This document shows, piece after piece, positions 18,669 through 26,608 of a DNA stretch of 64,000 nt (position 1 is its first letter; each line of letters begins with the position of its first letter). The stretch is from a virus. Taxonomy: Duplodnaviria > Caudoviricetes. A program made the position numbers and the translations under genes. The notes below the pieces were generated by a model that did not search any database, was not told the origin of the DNA, and saw nothing but the letters and a program-made list of their open reading frames with translations. The stretch lies in IMG/VR virus record IMGVR_UViG_3300020434_000055; one strand, written 5' to 3'.

Positions 18669-19407
18669 TGAAGGTGGAAATATATTCAGAGGTCCTGACG
18701 GTAAACCTACAACTCAAAGAATTAATCAAGCAGACGTAGATCCAACAATTGCCTGGCTAGAAAAAGTTACAGGCTTATCTTTACAATCAAACAAATTAGG
18801 AACTACAGGCATCAAGTCTACAAGTGGAGATATTGATGTTGCAGTAGATCAAAACAAAATTACAAAAGATCAACTAGTAACAAAATTGACACAATGGGCT
18901 CAAGCTAATAAGCAAGACCCGTCAAAATGGATTAAGAAAAGTGGTATAAGTGTTCATTTTAAAACACCCATCAATGGTAGTGCTAAAAATGGATACGTAC
19001 AAACTGACTTAATGTTCGGAGACCCAAATTGGATGTCCTGGAGTTTGAAAGGATCAGCTCCAGGGTCCAATTACACAGGTGCAGACAGACACGTGTTCAT
19101 AGCCAGCATTTCAAAAGCAAGAGGTTATAAATGGAGTCACAAAGCCGGACTTTTAAAAAGAACAACTAATGAACCAGTATCTAAAAATCCTGATGAAATT
19201 GCATCACTCTTACTAGGAAGAAATGCTAAAGGATCTGATCTTGATAGTGTAGAAAATATTCATAACAATATAAAAGGTGCTTCAGACTATGAAGAACTAG
19301 TTGCCGACTTTAGAGATAGTCTTGCAAAAATAGGAAAGAAATTACCTGAGCACGTTATTGAAGGAGTTCCTGTATGGTTCAGGAGTTTAATTAATCGTAT
19401 AAAATGA
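18658..19407 (+). CDS. Pol-beta-superfamily nucleotidyltransferase-like protein
   Basis: LGTTG..SGDIDVAVD plus VQTDLM; likely start MNLNEGG at 18658 (ORF track 18601). Confidence 0.65.
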   Translation: MNLNEGGNIFRGPDGKPTTQRINQADVDPTIAWLEKVTGLSLQSNKLGTTGIKSTSGDIDVAVDQNKITKDQLVTKLTQWAQANKQDPSKWIKKSGISVHFKTPINGSAKNGYVQTDLMFGDPNWMSWSLKGSAPGSNYTGADRHVFIASISKARGYKWSHKAGLLKRTTNEPVSKNPDEIASLLLGRNAKGSDLDSVENIHNNIKGASDYEELVADFRDSLAKIGKKLPEHVIEGVPVWFRSLINRIK

Positions 19408-20540
19408 AATTAGTAGAATTTAAAAAAGTAACTGGTAACTGCAAAACTCCTTTATTGGAAAAAGCGAGAATTGATCACGCAGAAGATCTTATTTTCTGGG
19501 AAGGTAGTAGAGGTGCATTAAGAGCCATAAGCCAAATAGAAAGTTTAGCAAAAAATCCTAAAAATCTTACAATTAAATGGGATGGTGCACCAGCAGTAGT
19601 ATTTGGTAGAAATCCTAATGGAGAATTTATTTTTACAGATAAACATGGCTTTCATGCAAAAACATATGATGGTAGACCTACAAATCCAGATGACCTAAAA
19701 GGAATGATTGGATCCCGAGCAGAAAAAAATCCAGCAAAAGCAGATTCATATGAAAGATATGCAAGTAAATTAGCACCTGTTTTTACTTTCGCCGAAAAAG
19801 CAATACCTAATAAGTTTCAAGGTTATTATAATGGAGATATGTTATATTTTGAATCTCCGCAAGTAAGAGAAAACAGATTTGTGTTTAAACCTAATGTCGT
19901 TGAATATAGTGTAGATACAACAAGTGATTTAGGAAAAAGAATAGCAAAAAGTAAAGCTGGAGTAGTAGTTCATAATATGATGAGTGAACAAGGAAGAATT
20001 TTGCCTATTGATGATCTTAAAACAATACAAGGTAATCAATTTTTAGTAATTCCTCCTACAACTGTAAACAAACAAGTAAACATTGATACCAATGCATTAA
20101 ATCGAATTAAAAGTGTTGTTAGTCAAAATGCTAATGCCATAGATGCTTTACTAGATAAGAACAAATTAGCAAGTATGAAACTAACTGACCTACCTAATAC
20201 ATTATACACATATACAAATAGTTGCGTAGAAAGAAATTGTTTAATTAATCTAGGTTCTGATTTTTCTAGATGGTTAATGACAAGTTCAGTAAGCGACCCT
20301 AAGAAACAAAAAATTATAGAATATGTAAAACAAAATATGAACGCTTTCGTGGCCCTTTGGAATACAGTAAGTGGTATTATGAAAGCAAAAGATAATATAA
20401 TAGGTCAATTAGATACTGCCCAAGGAGATGTACAAGCAACTGTTAACGGTAAACCTGGTGGAGAAGGTTATGTCTTAGGCGACATAAAACTTGTTAGAAG
20501 ATCCGGTTTTACTAAAGCCAATAGAGCAATAAATAGATAA
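19404..20540 (+). CDS. DUF6267-like protein, ligase/capping nucleotidyltransferase fold
   Basis: HAEDLIF, KWDGAPA (KxDG motif I), YNGDMLY, GEGYV, IKLVRR. Confidence 0.65.
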   Translation: MKLVEFKKVTGNCKTPLLEKARIDHAEDLIFWEGSRGALRAISQIESLAKNPKNLTIKWDGAPAVVFGRNPNGEFIFTDKHGFHAKTYDGRPTNPDDLKGMIGSRAEKNPAKADSYERYASKLAPVFTFAEKAIPNKFQGYYNGDMLYFESPQVRENRFVFKPNVVEYSVDTTSDLGKRIAKSKAGVVVHNMMSEQGRILPIDDLKTIQGNQFLVIPPTTVNKQVNIDTNALNRIKSVVSQNANAIDALLDKNKLASMKLTDLPNTLYTYTNSCVERNCLINLGSDFSRWLMTSSVSDPKKQKIIEYVKQNMNAFVALWNTVSGIMKAKDNIIGQLDTAQGDVQATVNGKPGGEGYVLGDIKLVRRSGFTKANRAINR

Positions 20541-20552
20541 AAGGAGAATGAT

Positions 20553-20909
20553 ATGAGATTTAATGAATTTAAAGATCCAGCTGATTTGGATCCTTCATCA
20601 ACTTACGATAAAGACTTTAAAGAAGATTCTCTCTTTAATCAGTTAGGAAAAGTTTTAGATAGTCAAGGTAATCCTAAACCCGTAGATACCGTAGTAACAG
20701 ATGATGGTCAATCACACAGAGTAACTGTAGCCCAAGCACAGATGTTAAGAGATTTATTAACGTCAGAACAAATTAAACCAGCTATAAGATTACAATTTAC
20801 TAAAGATATACAAAATTCTGCAACATTAACTAAATTTTTACAGACACCAGATATGATAACATTATTTGGACAAATGTATATGAACGTGGATGACAGAGGT
20901 GGGCAATAA
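20553..20909 (+). CDS. Hypothetical protein (MRFNEF N-terminus)
   Basis: AAGGAG SD, 118 aa. Confidence 0.7.
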   Translation: MRFNEFKDPADLDPSSTYDKDFKEDSLFNQLGKVLDSQGNPKPVDTVVTDDGQSHRVTVAQAQMLRDLLTSEQIKPAIRLQFTKDIQNSATLTKFLQTPDMITLFGQMYMNVDDRGGQ

Positions 20910-21278
20910 ATGTCTATACCAACAAAATCAGATATTCATGGTAGAATAGTACCAGACGTTGAAGCACTAAAAAGTGAAGCCTTAGCTTTAGCTAAAGAAA
21001 CTCAAGAAATAGCGGCAAAGAAAGTAGCAATGGCTAGTGACTTTGCAACACAAAAACTCAATGGTTCTATATCTGAAATAGAGTTTAATAATTTAGTTGG
21101 GGACTTAGATAACATGGAAGCCATCGCAGAGAAAATGGCCATAAGAGTTCCTAATTTACCTTCACCAGAAAAAGAATTAAAAAAAAGCATGAATGCATTA
21201 AGACGTGATTTAGCAGATAACAAAAAGAAAATAGCCGAATCTACAAAGAAATTAAATGAGTTAGGAATTTCTGTATAA
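20910..21278 (+). CDS. Hypothetical coiled-coil protein
   Basis: GAGGTG SD, helical heptad composition. Confidence 0.65.
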   Translation: MSIPTKSDIHGRIVPDVEALKSEALALAKETQEIAAKKVAMASDFATQKLNGSISEIEFNNLVGDLDNMEAIAEKMAIRVPNLPSPEKELKKSMNALRRDLADNKKKIAESTKKLNELGISV

Positions 21279-21560
21279 ATGTGTATAAAATACGACAGAT
21301 ATGTTAAATGGGTTAAAACTTTACCTAAAAAAACAAAAGGTAAAAGTACAGTCCAACATTGGATTCTTCCTGAAAGTATAGGCGGAACAGATACAAAAGA
21401 AAATAAAGTATATCTAACTCATGAGGATCATGTTGCATCTCATAAAAAACTTATTGAATGTTTTAAGTCTCCTAAAAAAGACAAAATGAAAGAAGCTTTA
21501 ATTTCAGCTCAATTTGACCAACATTTATTTAAATTTCATTCAAATAAACTGAGTAATTAA
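21279..21560 (+). CDS. Small, possibly degenerate HNH endonuclease
   Basis: QHWILPESIGGTD..ENKVYLTHEDHVASH resembles HHI.P..GG.D..NL..LT..EH..AH. Confidence 0.6.
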   Translation: MCIKYDRYVKWVKTLPKKTKGKSTVQHWILPESIGGTDTKENKVYLTHEDHVASHKKLIECFKSPKKDKMKEALISAQFDQHLFKFHSNKLSN

Positions 21561-21562
21561 TT

Positions 21563-22453
21563 ATGTTAGATGATAAAAGTATGCAATTTATAGAAGAAAT
21601 ATATGAAGCTAGAATGACTCGTAATGCTTATGGTCAAATGGAATTATCCTATACAGATTGTTGCGAAAGATTATATCTAAGTGTTTTAATTTTAGCATTA
21701 TTAAGTCAATATTCTACATACAAACATTTTGCAAAGTCTTATGCTAAAGAAACAACAGCTCATTCTTCCTACAAACGTTTTAGAATGAATAGTACTGACC
21801 TGTACAATTTTATATACTTTGTTACAGGAGATGAAAAGGCTATCAATAAATTAAAAGATCCAAAAAGTGCAATGATATTAAGAAATAGAACTTCCATACC
21901 AACAATGGCTTTAAACAGATACCTTTCTAAATTGGCAACTAGTTCTCGAGCAACAGATATGCAATTATTAGTAAATTTAGAAACGGGTTTAAAAATTAGA
22001 AATGCAGATTATAAAGCAATTAGAAGAGACATAACAAATTATGGTAGATTATCTGAAAGAGCTCGTAAAAAAGCAGTAACTAAATTACTTTTTGCCGCTA
22101 GAGCAAAATTAAGAAACAGTGATATTATTGAACACTTAGAAAGATTAGCAATAGATAAAGATTTAGAAACAGGATTAATTAGAGATAGAGAACCTAAAAT
22201 TAGCACACCAGACATAGGTGGTCTTACAGGTAGAGATCTTGCTATGTATAGATATCTTACAGGTACTAAAAATATACAAGCATTAAAACGATTTGTAGAC
22301 TTTGCACTAGCCGGAAGACCTATACCTTCTACATTTGTCCAAGCATATTTGCCAGCTATAAAAATGATTGACGATATTGTTAAAGGTGGCCCAGCATTAG
22401 TAGGCGTTTTAAAAACTTTACAAAAAAGAGCCCAAAAAGTACGTAGAACGTAA
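21563..22453 (+). CDS. Hypothetical protein in structural block
   Basis: 296-aa ORF with normal codon usage. Confidence 0.7.
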   Translation: MLDDKSMQFIEEIYEARMTRNAYGQMELSYTDCCERLYLSVLILALLSQYSTYKHFAKSYAKETTAHSSYKRFRMNSTDLYNFIYFVTGDEKAINKLKDPKSAMILRNRTSIPTMALNRYLSKLATSSRATDMQLLVNLETGLKIRNADYKAIRRDITNYGRLSERARKKAVTKLLFAARAKLRNSDIIEHLERLAIDKDLETGLIRDREPKISTPDIGGLTGRDLAMYRYLTGTKNIQALKRFVDFALAGRPIPSTFVQAYLPAIKMIDDIVKGGPALVGVLKTLQKRAQKVRRT

Positions 22454-22506
22454 AAAATTAACTCATATTAGAAGTTTTTCTTCGAAAACACTAAATATCT
22501 ATAACA

Positions 22507-22546
22507 CAATCCACAGAGTGTGGATTGCCATTAACGAGAAGAGGAG
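22507..22546 (+). promoter_or_regulatory. 5'-UTR hairpin motif, copy 1 (CAATCCAC-AGAGT-GTGGATTG..CATTAA..GAGGAG)
   Basis: 8-bp stem after TAAATA; near-identical copy at 23142. Confidence 0.65.
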
Positions 22547-22554
22547 TACAAATA

Positions 22555-22617
22555 ATGGCGAGCATGACTAAATCAATTTCACCATCATTTTCCTTTTATC
22601 GTAATTTTAATAGGTAG
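22555..22617 (+). CDS. Possible 20-aa leader or remnant peptide
   Basis: Strong GAGGAG SD; MASMTKSISPSFSFYRNFNR*. Confidence 0.35.
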   Translation: MASMTKSISPSFSFYRNFNR

Positions 22618-22680
22618 TTGACCATATTTCAACCTGTCCGTTGACATGGAAGATTATCATTAATTTAAGGGAGAATAAAA

Positions 22681-23082
22681 ATGGCAGGCGTAGTAAAAGT
22701 AAACCCGACGTTGTCTAATACAACGAACCATTTTTCTGGCAAGACTATTACAGCAGTTACAGTTGACTTTGCAGTTAACGGTACTGACTTTACAGCTACA
22801 GAAATGGGTGCCTTAGGTGCGGTTCAGGCGGCAATTAGCACGTTAACCAAAGAAGCTTTTCCAATCATCATGACCCAAATAAGATCAGATGGTTCAAATG
22901 ATGGACAAGTTTTCGACATGATTTTCGAAGGTGACTTCGGAACTCAAAAGTACGATGGTTCTAACGATGAAACTTTTGCGGCTTACCTTCAAACGGAGTT
23001 AAGACTATTAACTTCAGTTGGAGTTGGATCGGTTAACCTAAATGGCGCGACAGTTGTTGCGGCTACGGCGGCTTCATTCTAA
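22681..23082 (+). CDS. Small Ala/Gly/Thr-rich putative virion protein 1
   Basis: Strong SD, MAGVVKVN N-terminus, biased codon usage, member of tandem array. Confidence 0.65.
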   Translation: MAGVVKVNPTLSNTTNHFSGKTITAVTVDFAVNGTDFTATEMGALGAVQAAISTLTKEAFPIIMTQIRSDGSNDGQVFDMIFEGDFGTQKYDGSNDETFAAYLQTELRLLTSVGVGSVNLNGATVVAATAASF

Positions 23083-23107
23083 TTAAATTAGGATGATTAA
23101 TTAACTT

Positions 23108-23133
23108 TAGGGTGCCCATTTAAGGGCACTCTA
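23108..23133 (+). repeat. Intergenic hairpin family, copy 1 (TAGGGTGCCC/GGGCACTCTA)
   Basis: 10-bp stem; related copies at 23877 and 24325. Confidence 0.75.
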
Positions 23134-23141
23134 GAAAAACA

Positions 23142-23182
23142 AAATCCACTGAGCGTGGATTTGTCATTAAGAGAAAAAGGAG
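23142..23182 (+). promoter_or_regulatory. 5'-UTR hairpin motif, copy 2 (AAATCCAC-TGAGC-GTGGATTT..CATTAA..AGGAG)
   Basis: 8-bp stem, same downstream CATTAA/GAGAA/AGGAG as copy 1. Confidence 0.65.
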
Positions 23183-23189
23183 AAAAAAA

Positions 23190-23516
23190 ATGGCAACAGT
23201 AACAAGAACAAACGGATTAGGACACGAACACGAAGTTCTATATTCAACAGCAAATCTAAAAGCATATGTATTAGATGCACCAAATCTAGCAGGTGAAGGT
23301 GGAATCGGTGGAGCTCTAGAGCACATCGGACAAGATCTTCAACCCCTTATGATGAACTCAGAAGGAACTGGTGGTAAGGTTAATCTAATCATGGACGGCA
23401 GTCAATCAACAGCCGCTTCATTACAAACACAAGTACAAGCATGGGGTACAGTGTCTGGCATAGATTTTTCCAGTGCAACAATAACTGAAGGTGGAGAAAT
23501 ATTAGTTTCCGCGTAA
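23190..23516 (+). CDS. Small putative virion protein 2
   Basis: MATVTRTNG, AGGAG SD. Confidence 0.65.
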   Translation: MATVTRTNGLGHEHEVLYSTANLKAYVLDAPNLAGEGGIGGALEHIGQDLQPLMMNSEGTGGKVNLIMDGSQSTAASLQTQVQAWGTVSGIDFSSATITEGGEILVSA

Positions 23517-23559
23517 GGTTATAATTTTATATTAATAATATTTTAAAAGGAGAAATAAA

Positions 23560-23850
23560 ATGGCAGGCGCAACAGCATCAGCAAATGCAGGTAAATCTAC
23601 AGCAGGCGAAATGTACGGAAAAGACGTTAATTACGTTAATTTCGCTAAAAGTAACATAACTCAAGCAGAAATGAACACAGTAATCAGAGAAGTACAAAAA
23701 ACAGGTACAATTTTGGCTATTGGTACATTTGTAGCAGGTACAACTGACAGCGTAAATGTTAGTCATGAAGGACCAGCTGTAACTATGGGTAGTGACTTTG
23801 GTGGAGCTACTGGAGTAACATCTTCAGCTACTTTGCATACATCTTGGTAA
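23560..23850 (+). CDS. Small putative virion protein 3
   Basis: MAGATASANAG, AAGGAG SD. Confidence 0.65.
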   Translation: MAGATASANAGKSTAGEMYGKDVNYVNFAKSNITQAEMNTVIREVQKTGTILAIGTFVAGTTDSVNVSHEGPAVTMGSDFGGATGVTSSATLHTSW

Positions 23851-23876
23851 TTTTAATTATTAAGAAATTTTAATTT

Positions 23877-23902
23877 TAGGGTGTCCTTTTTAGGACACTC
23901 TA
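23877..23902 (+). repeat. Intergenic hairpin family, copy 2 (TAGGGTGTCC/GGACACTCTA)
   Basis: Compensatory C-G to T-A change relative to copy 1. Confidence 0.75.
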
Positions 23903-23938
23903 AAGAAGTTTAAACAAATAATATATAGGAGACAAACA

Positions 23939-24283
23939 ATGCCAGCATTATCAGGAAGTAATGGAAGCACATCAGCAAATGGTGTAGAATTTTTATCAAA
24001 AGATATTGATTTCTACAAATTTACTGGTTACACAGGTATTCATACTGCACCAGGCGACGCAGGATCAGTTTATCATAAATTGATGACAGCAGTAGCCAGT
24101 GAAGCGAATATCGTAGTAATAGGTACACCAGCGGCTAATGACATTACACTAGGTTTAGAAGGCGGTTACGAAGGAGTTTCAGGAACAGGAAACGCGGCAC
24201 AATTAAAAGTTGTTGCAGATGCGGCTACTGGAGTTTCAGGAACAGTAGCGGCTACGTCACTTTCGGGCGACGGTTTAGCGTAA
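23939..24283 (+). CDS. Small putative virion protein 4
   Basis: MPALSGSNG, AGGAG SD. Confidence 0.65.
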   Translation: MPALSGSNGSTSANGVEFLSKDIDFYKFTGYTGIHTAPGDAGSVYHKLMTAVASEANIVVIGTPAANDITLGLEGGYEGVSGTGNAAQLKVVADAATGVSGTVAATSLSGDGLA

Positions 24284-24324
24284 TTAATACTAATAAGAAT
24301 TCGAATTTTTAGATTCTTCGAATT

Positions 24325-24356
24325 AAGGGTGTTCAAGAAATTGGACACCCTTTTTT
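24325..24356 (+). terminator. Intrinsic terminator (hairpin family copy 3)
   Basis: AAGGGTGTTCAA-GAAA-TTGGACACCCTT then T-run. Confidence 0.85.
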
Positions 24357-24395
24357 CATCTATAATAAGTACTACTAACTTAGAGAAGATAGTTT

Positions 24396-24839
24396 ATGAG
24401 AATTCAAGCATTATCATTAGTAGATATAACAAAAACAGGAAAACATAAAAACAATAGTAAAGATGATAAAGCTATATTTCAAAACGCCAATTATCTTACA
24501 TTTCAAAACTGCATTATGTTAAGGTCTAACATTATATCTGACACTACTCCAAAAGTAGAAACAATGAATGTAGTCAATACAACTTTTGGAACTTCATATT
24601 CAGGAGAACACAAAGTATGGAATATGATATTTGATACAGAAAGAGATGAAGCAACAACGTTAGATCTTTTAAGGGAAGATATTGATTTAGTACCTATAAT
24701 ACCTAGTTTAGATGAAACTATCAAAATAAACAATGATGTATTTAGAACAAGCGATCCTGAATATAATAACGTTTTATTCATTAATTTAGGAGAAGACGTT
24801 AAAACAGTAGATAACCTAGATACACCTGAAAATAAATAG
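24396..24839 (+). CDS. Hypothetical protein (structural block)
   Basis: 147-aa ORF; TAAGTA late-promoter variant upstream. Confidence 0.65.
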   Translation: MRIQALSLVDITKTGKHKNNSKDDKAIFQNANYLTFQNCIMLRSNIISDTTPKVETMNVVNTTFGTSYSGEHKVWNMIFDTERDEATTLDLLREDIDLVPIIPSLDETIKINNDVFRTSDPEYNNVLFINLGEDVKTVDNLDTPENK

Positions 24840-24920
24840 TAACATTAAACATTCAAGGCATTTTTAGGCGAATCTTAGGCCCTTCCAAAAGATAATTAAA
24901 TATAAGGAAGAGAGAAAAAA

Positions 24921-25160
24921 ATGGCAGAGTCCAAAACTATAGAACAAAAAAATTTAGAAGCACACGTAGAATTGTGCCATCAAAGATATCAGGCTTTAGA
25001 AGATCGACTGGAAAAAATAGAAAGAACAGTTGAATCTATACACAAAGATATCCAACATGGTAACAAATCTATGATTAAAGTAATCATTGGTGCTACCGGT
25101 ACCATTGTGGCAGGTCTCCTTTCGACAATCGTAGTTCTTTTATTGAAGTTTCCACTATAA
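24921..25160 (+). CDS. Small coiled-coil + C-terminal TM protein
   Basis: LEAHVELCHQRY..LEDRLEKIE, then hydrophobic helix. Confidence 0.7.
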   Translation: MAESKTIEQKNLEAHVELCHQRYQALEDRLEKIERTVESIHKDIQHGNKSMIKVIIGATGTIVAGLLSTIVVLLLKFPL

Positions 25161-25209
25161 TATACTAACCCCCCTAAATCACTAAATACAATCATACACT
25201 GGGAGAAGT

Positions 25210-25587
25210 ATGAAAATAGTAGAAGTAATAAGCTCTTTAGAAGTAGGCGAGAGTTTTGTACAGGTATGGTCAAGAAAAGGCGGACAAATGGTACGTAGGT
25301 ATCGTTGTACTGCTGGACCTCGAAAAGGTAGGATTGTATCCAATCCATTAACTTGTACTGCTCCAAAAAGATTCTCAGGTATAATGTCAATCAAAAGAGC
25401 AAAAGCTCGAAAAGGTTCTGCACTTAAAGTTGCTAGAGCGAGAACTAAAAGAGCAACATTTTCAAGAAGAATATCAAGATTAAATAGAATGGCTGGTGCA
25501 ACTGTGAGAGGAAGAAGTTCTTCCCCAGCATTTGGCAGAAAAAGTTCTTTTGGTAGAAAAAGTTCTTTTGGCAGAAAAAGTTGGTAA
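25210..25587 (+). CDS. Arg/Lys-rich basic protein with C-terminal FGRKSS repeats (putative nucleic-acid binder)
   Basis: Highly basic, CTAGPRKGRIV..TC; 18-bp unit x3. Confidence 0.7.
   Translation: MKIVEVISSLEVGESFVQVWSRKGGQMVRRYRCTAGPRKGRIVSNPLTCTAPKRFSGIMSIKRAKARKGSALKVARARTKRATFSRRISRLNRMAGATVRGRSSSPAFGRKSSFGRKSSFGRKSW
25531..25584 (+). repeat. 18-bp tandem repeat x3 (tttggyagaaaaagttct)
   Basis: Directly visible; encodes FGRKSS. Confidence 0.9.
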
Positions 25588-25588
25588 T

Positions 25589-25966
25589 ATGAGATATAAA
25601 CAAATTATAGAATCAGATTATATTCAAAATTTAATAAAAAAAATGGGTGCGGGAGCAAGAACAGGAGCACCAGTTCCTCCAGGAATTTTACCTAAAGGTG
25701 CAATTAAATCACCAAGTGCTAAATCTGATATAGACCGAATTAATAAAAAAGCTGACCAACAATTACTACAACCGGGAGATAATATTCCTATCCCTACAGG
25801 TCCTAATAAGGAAAAAGATATGGAAATAGATAAGACAGACGCAACTACTGTCACTCTAAGAAACCCAGACGCTCAACCCGGTGAGCCCGTAACAACCACT
25901 CTTAATAAGAAGGATTTAAATCCTGTTATAACAAACTTATTAAGAAGACGAAGAGCACGGACATAA
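25589..25966 (+). CDS. Hypothetical protein (MRYKQIIES)
   Basis: Likely ATG 25589 just after previous stop; ORF-track extension from 25532 is a shadow of the repeat. Confidence 0.65.
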   Translation: MRYKQIIESDYIQNLIKKMGAGARTGAPVPPGILPKGAIKSPSAKSDIDRINKKADQQLLQPGDNIPIPTGPNKEKDMEIDKTDATTVTLRNPDAQPGEPVTTTLNKKDLNPVITNLLRRRRART

Positions 25967-25970
25967 ATTT

Positions 25971-26186
25971 ATGAAGATTAATGAATTAATAGCTGACTTT
26001 AAAGTCTACGTTTCAAACGAAGAAACAGATATTTTAGGTAAACTAAAAGAAACAAATCGTTTAGACAATTTTACTGAAAGAGAACAAACTATAATTCGAA
26101 ATCTTATAAACAAAAGTCTTGTACAAAAAATTGTACAAGATGGACAAGTCCGAGTGGTTGCAAATGAATACAAAAAATCTATCTAA
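25971..26186 (+). CDS. Hypothetical protein (MKINEL)
   Basis: 71-aa ORF. Confidence 0.65.
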   Translation: MKINELIADFKVYVSNEETDILGKLKETNRLDNFTEREQTIIRNLINKSLVQKIVQDGQVRVVANEYKKSI

Positions 26187-26589
26187 AAAACTTTTAAAAC
26201 TAATAGACAGAAACATTCATAAGGTATGCGTACCTATTCAAAATGGCAATAGTGTAAGATTAAAACACCTAATTATACGTGAAAATAATTACGGTCATTT
26301 AGTATATGATCTACGAGACAACAAACAAATTACAACCACGTTTACTAAAACGGCGGCTGTAGCTATAGCTAAAAATCTAGCAGAAGGACAAAACCACTCA
26401 ATTGACCGTATAATAGACCTAGATAGGGAAATTCAAGCAAAATATAATAAATGCGTCCAATATAAAAGTACAATGATCAATTCCGACAATCCTATTAGTA
26501 TAGACAATGCCAATATACGTTACGATATTACGTGGGAGGATGTACTAACTCTAAGGGATAGTCTGGATCAGTATGTATTTGATAAATAA
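26164..26589 (+). CDS. Hypothetical protein
   Basis: Likely ATG 26164 (ORF track 26119). Confidence 0.6.
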   Translation: MNTKNLSKKLLKLIDRNIHKVCVPIQNGNSVRLKHLIIRENNYGHLVYDLRDNKQITTTFTKTAAVAIAKNLAEGQNHSIDRIIDLDREIQAKYNKCVQYKSTMINSDNPISIDNANIRYDITWEDVLTLRDSLDQYVFDK

Positions 26590-26608
26590 ATCATATAGAG
26601 GATATTAG

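Noticed and set aside
18658-19407. CBASS CD-NTase call
   Set aside because: Too short, and no adjacent effector or Cap genes; only a generic pol-beta motif is supportable.
21279-21560. Active intron or mobile homing element
   Set aside because: Free-standing, short, first His pair degenerate; no interrupted gene or intron structure seen.
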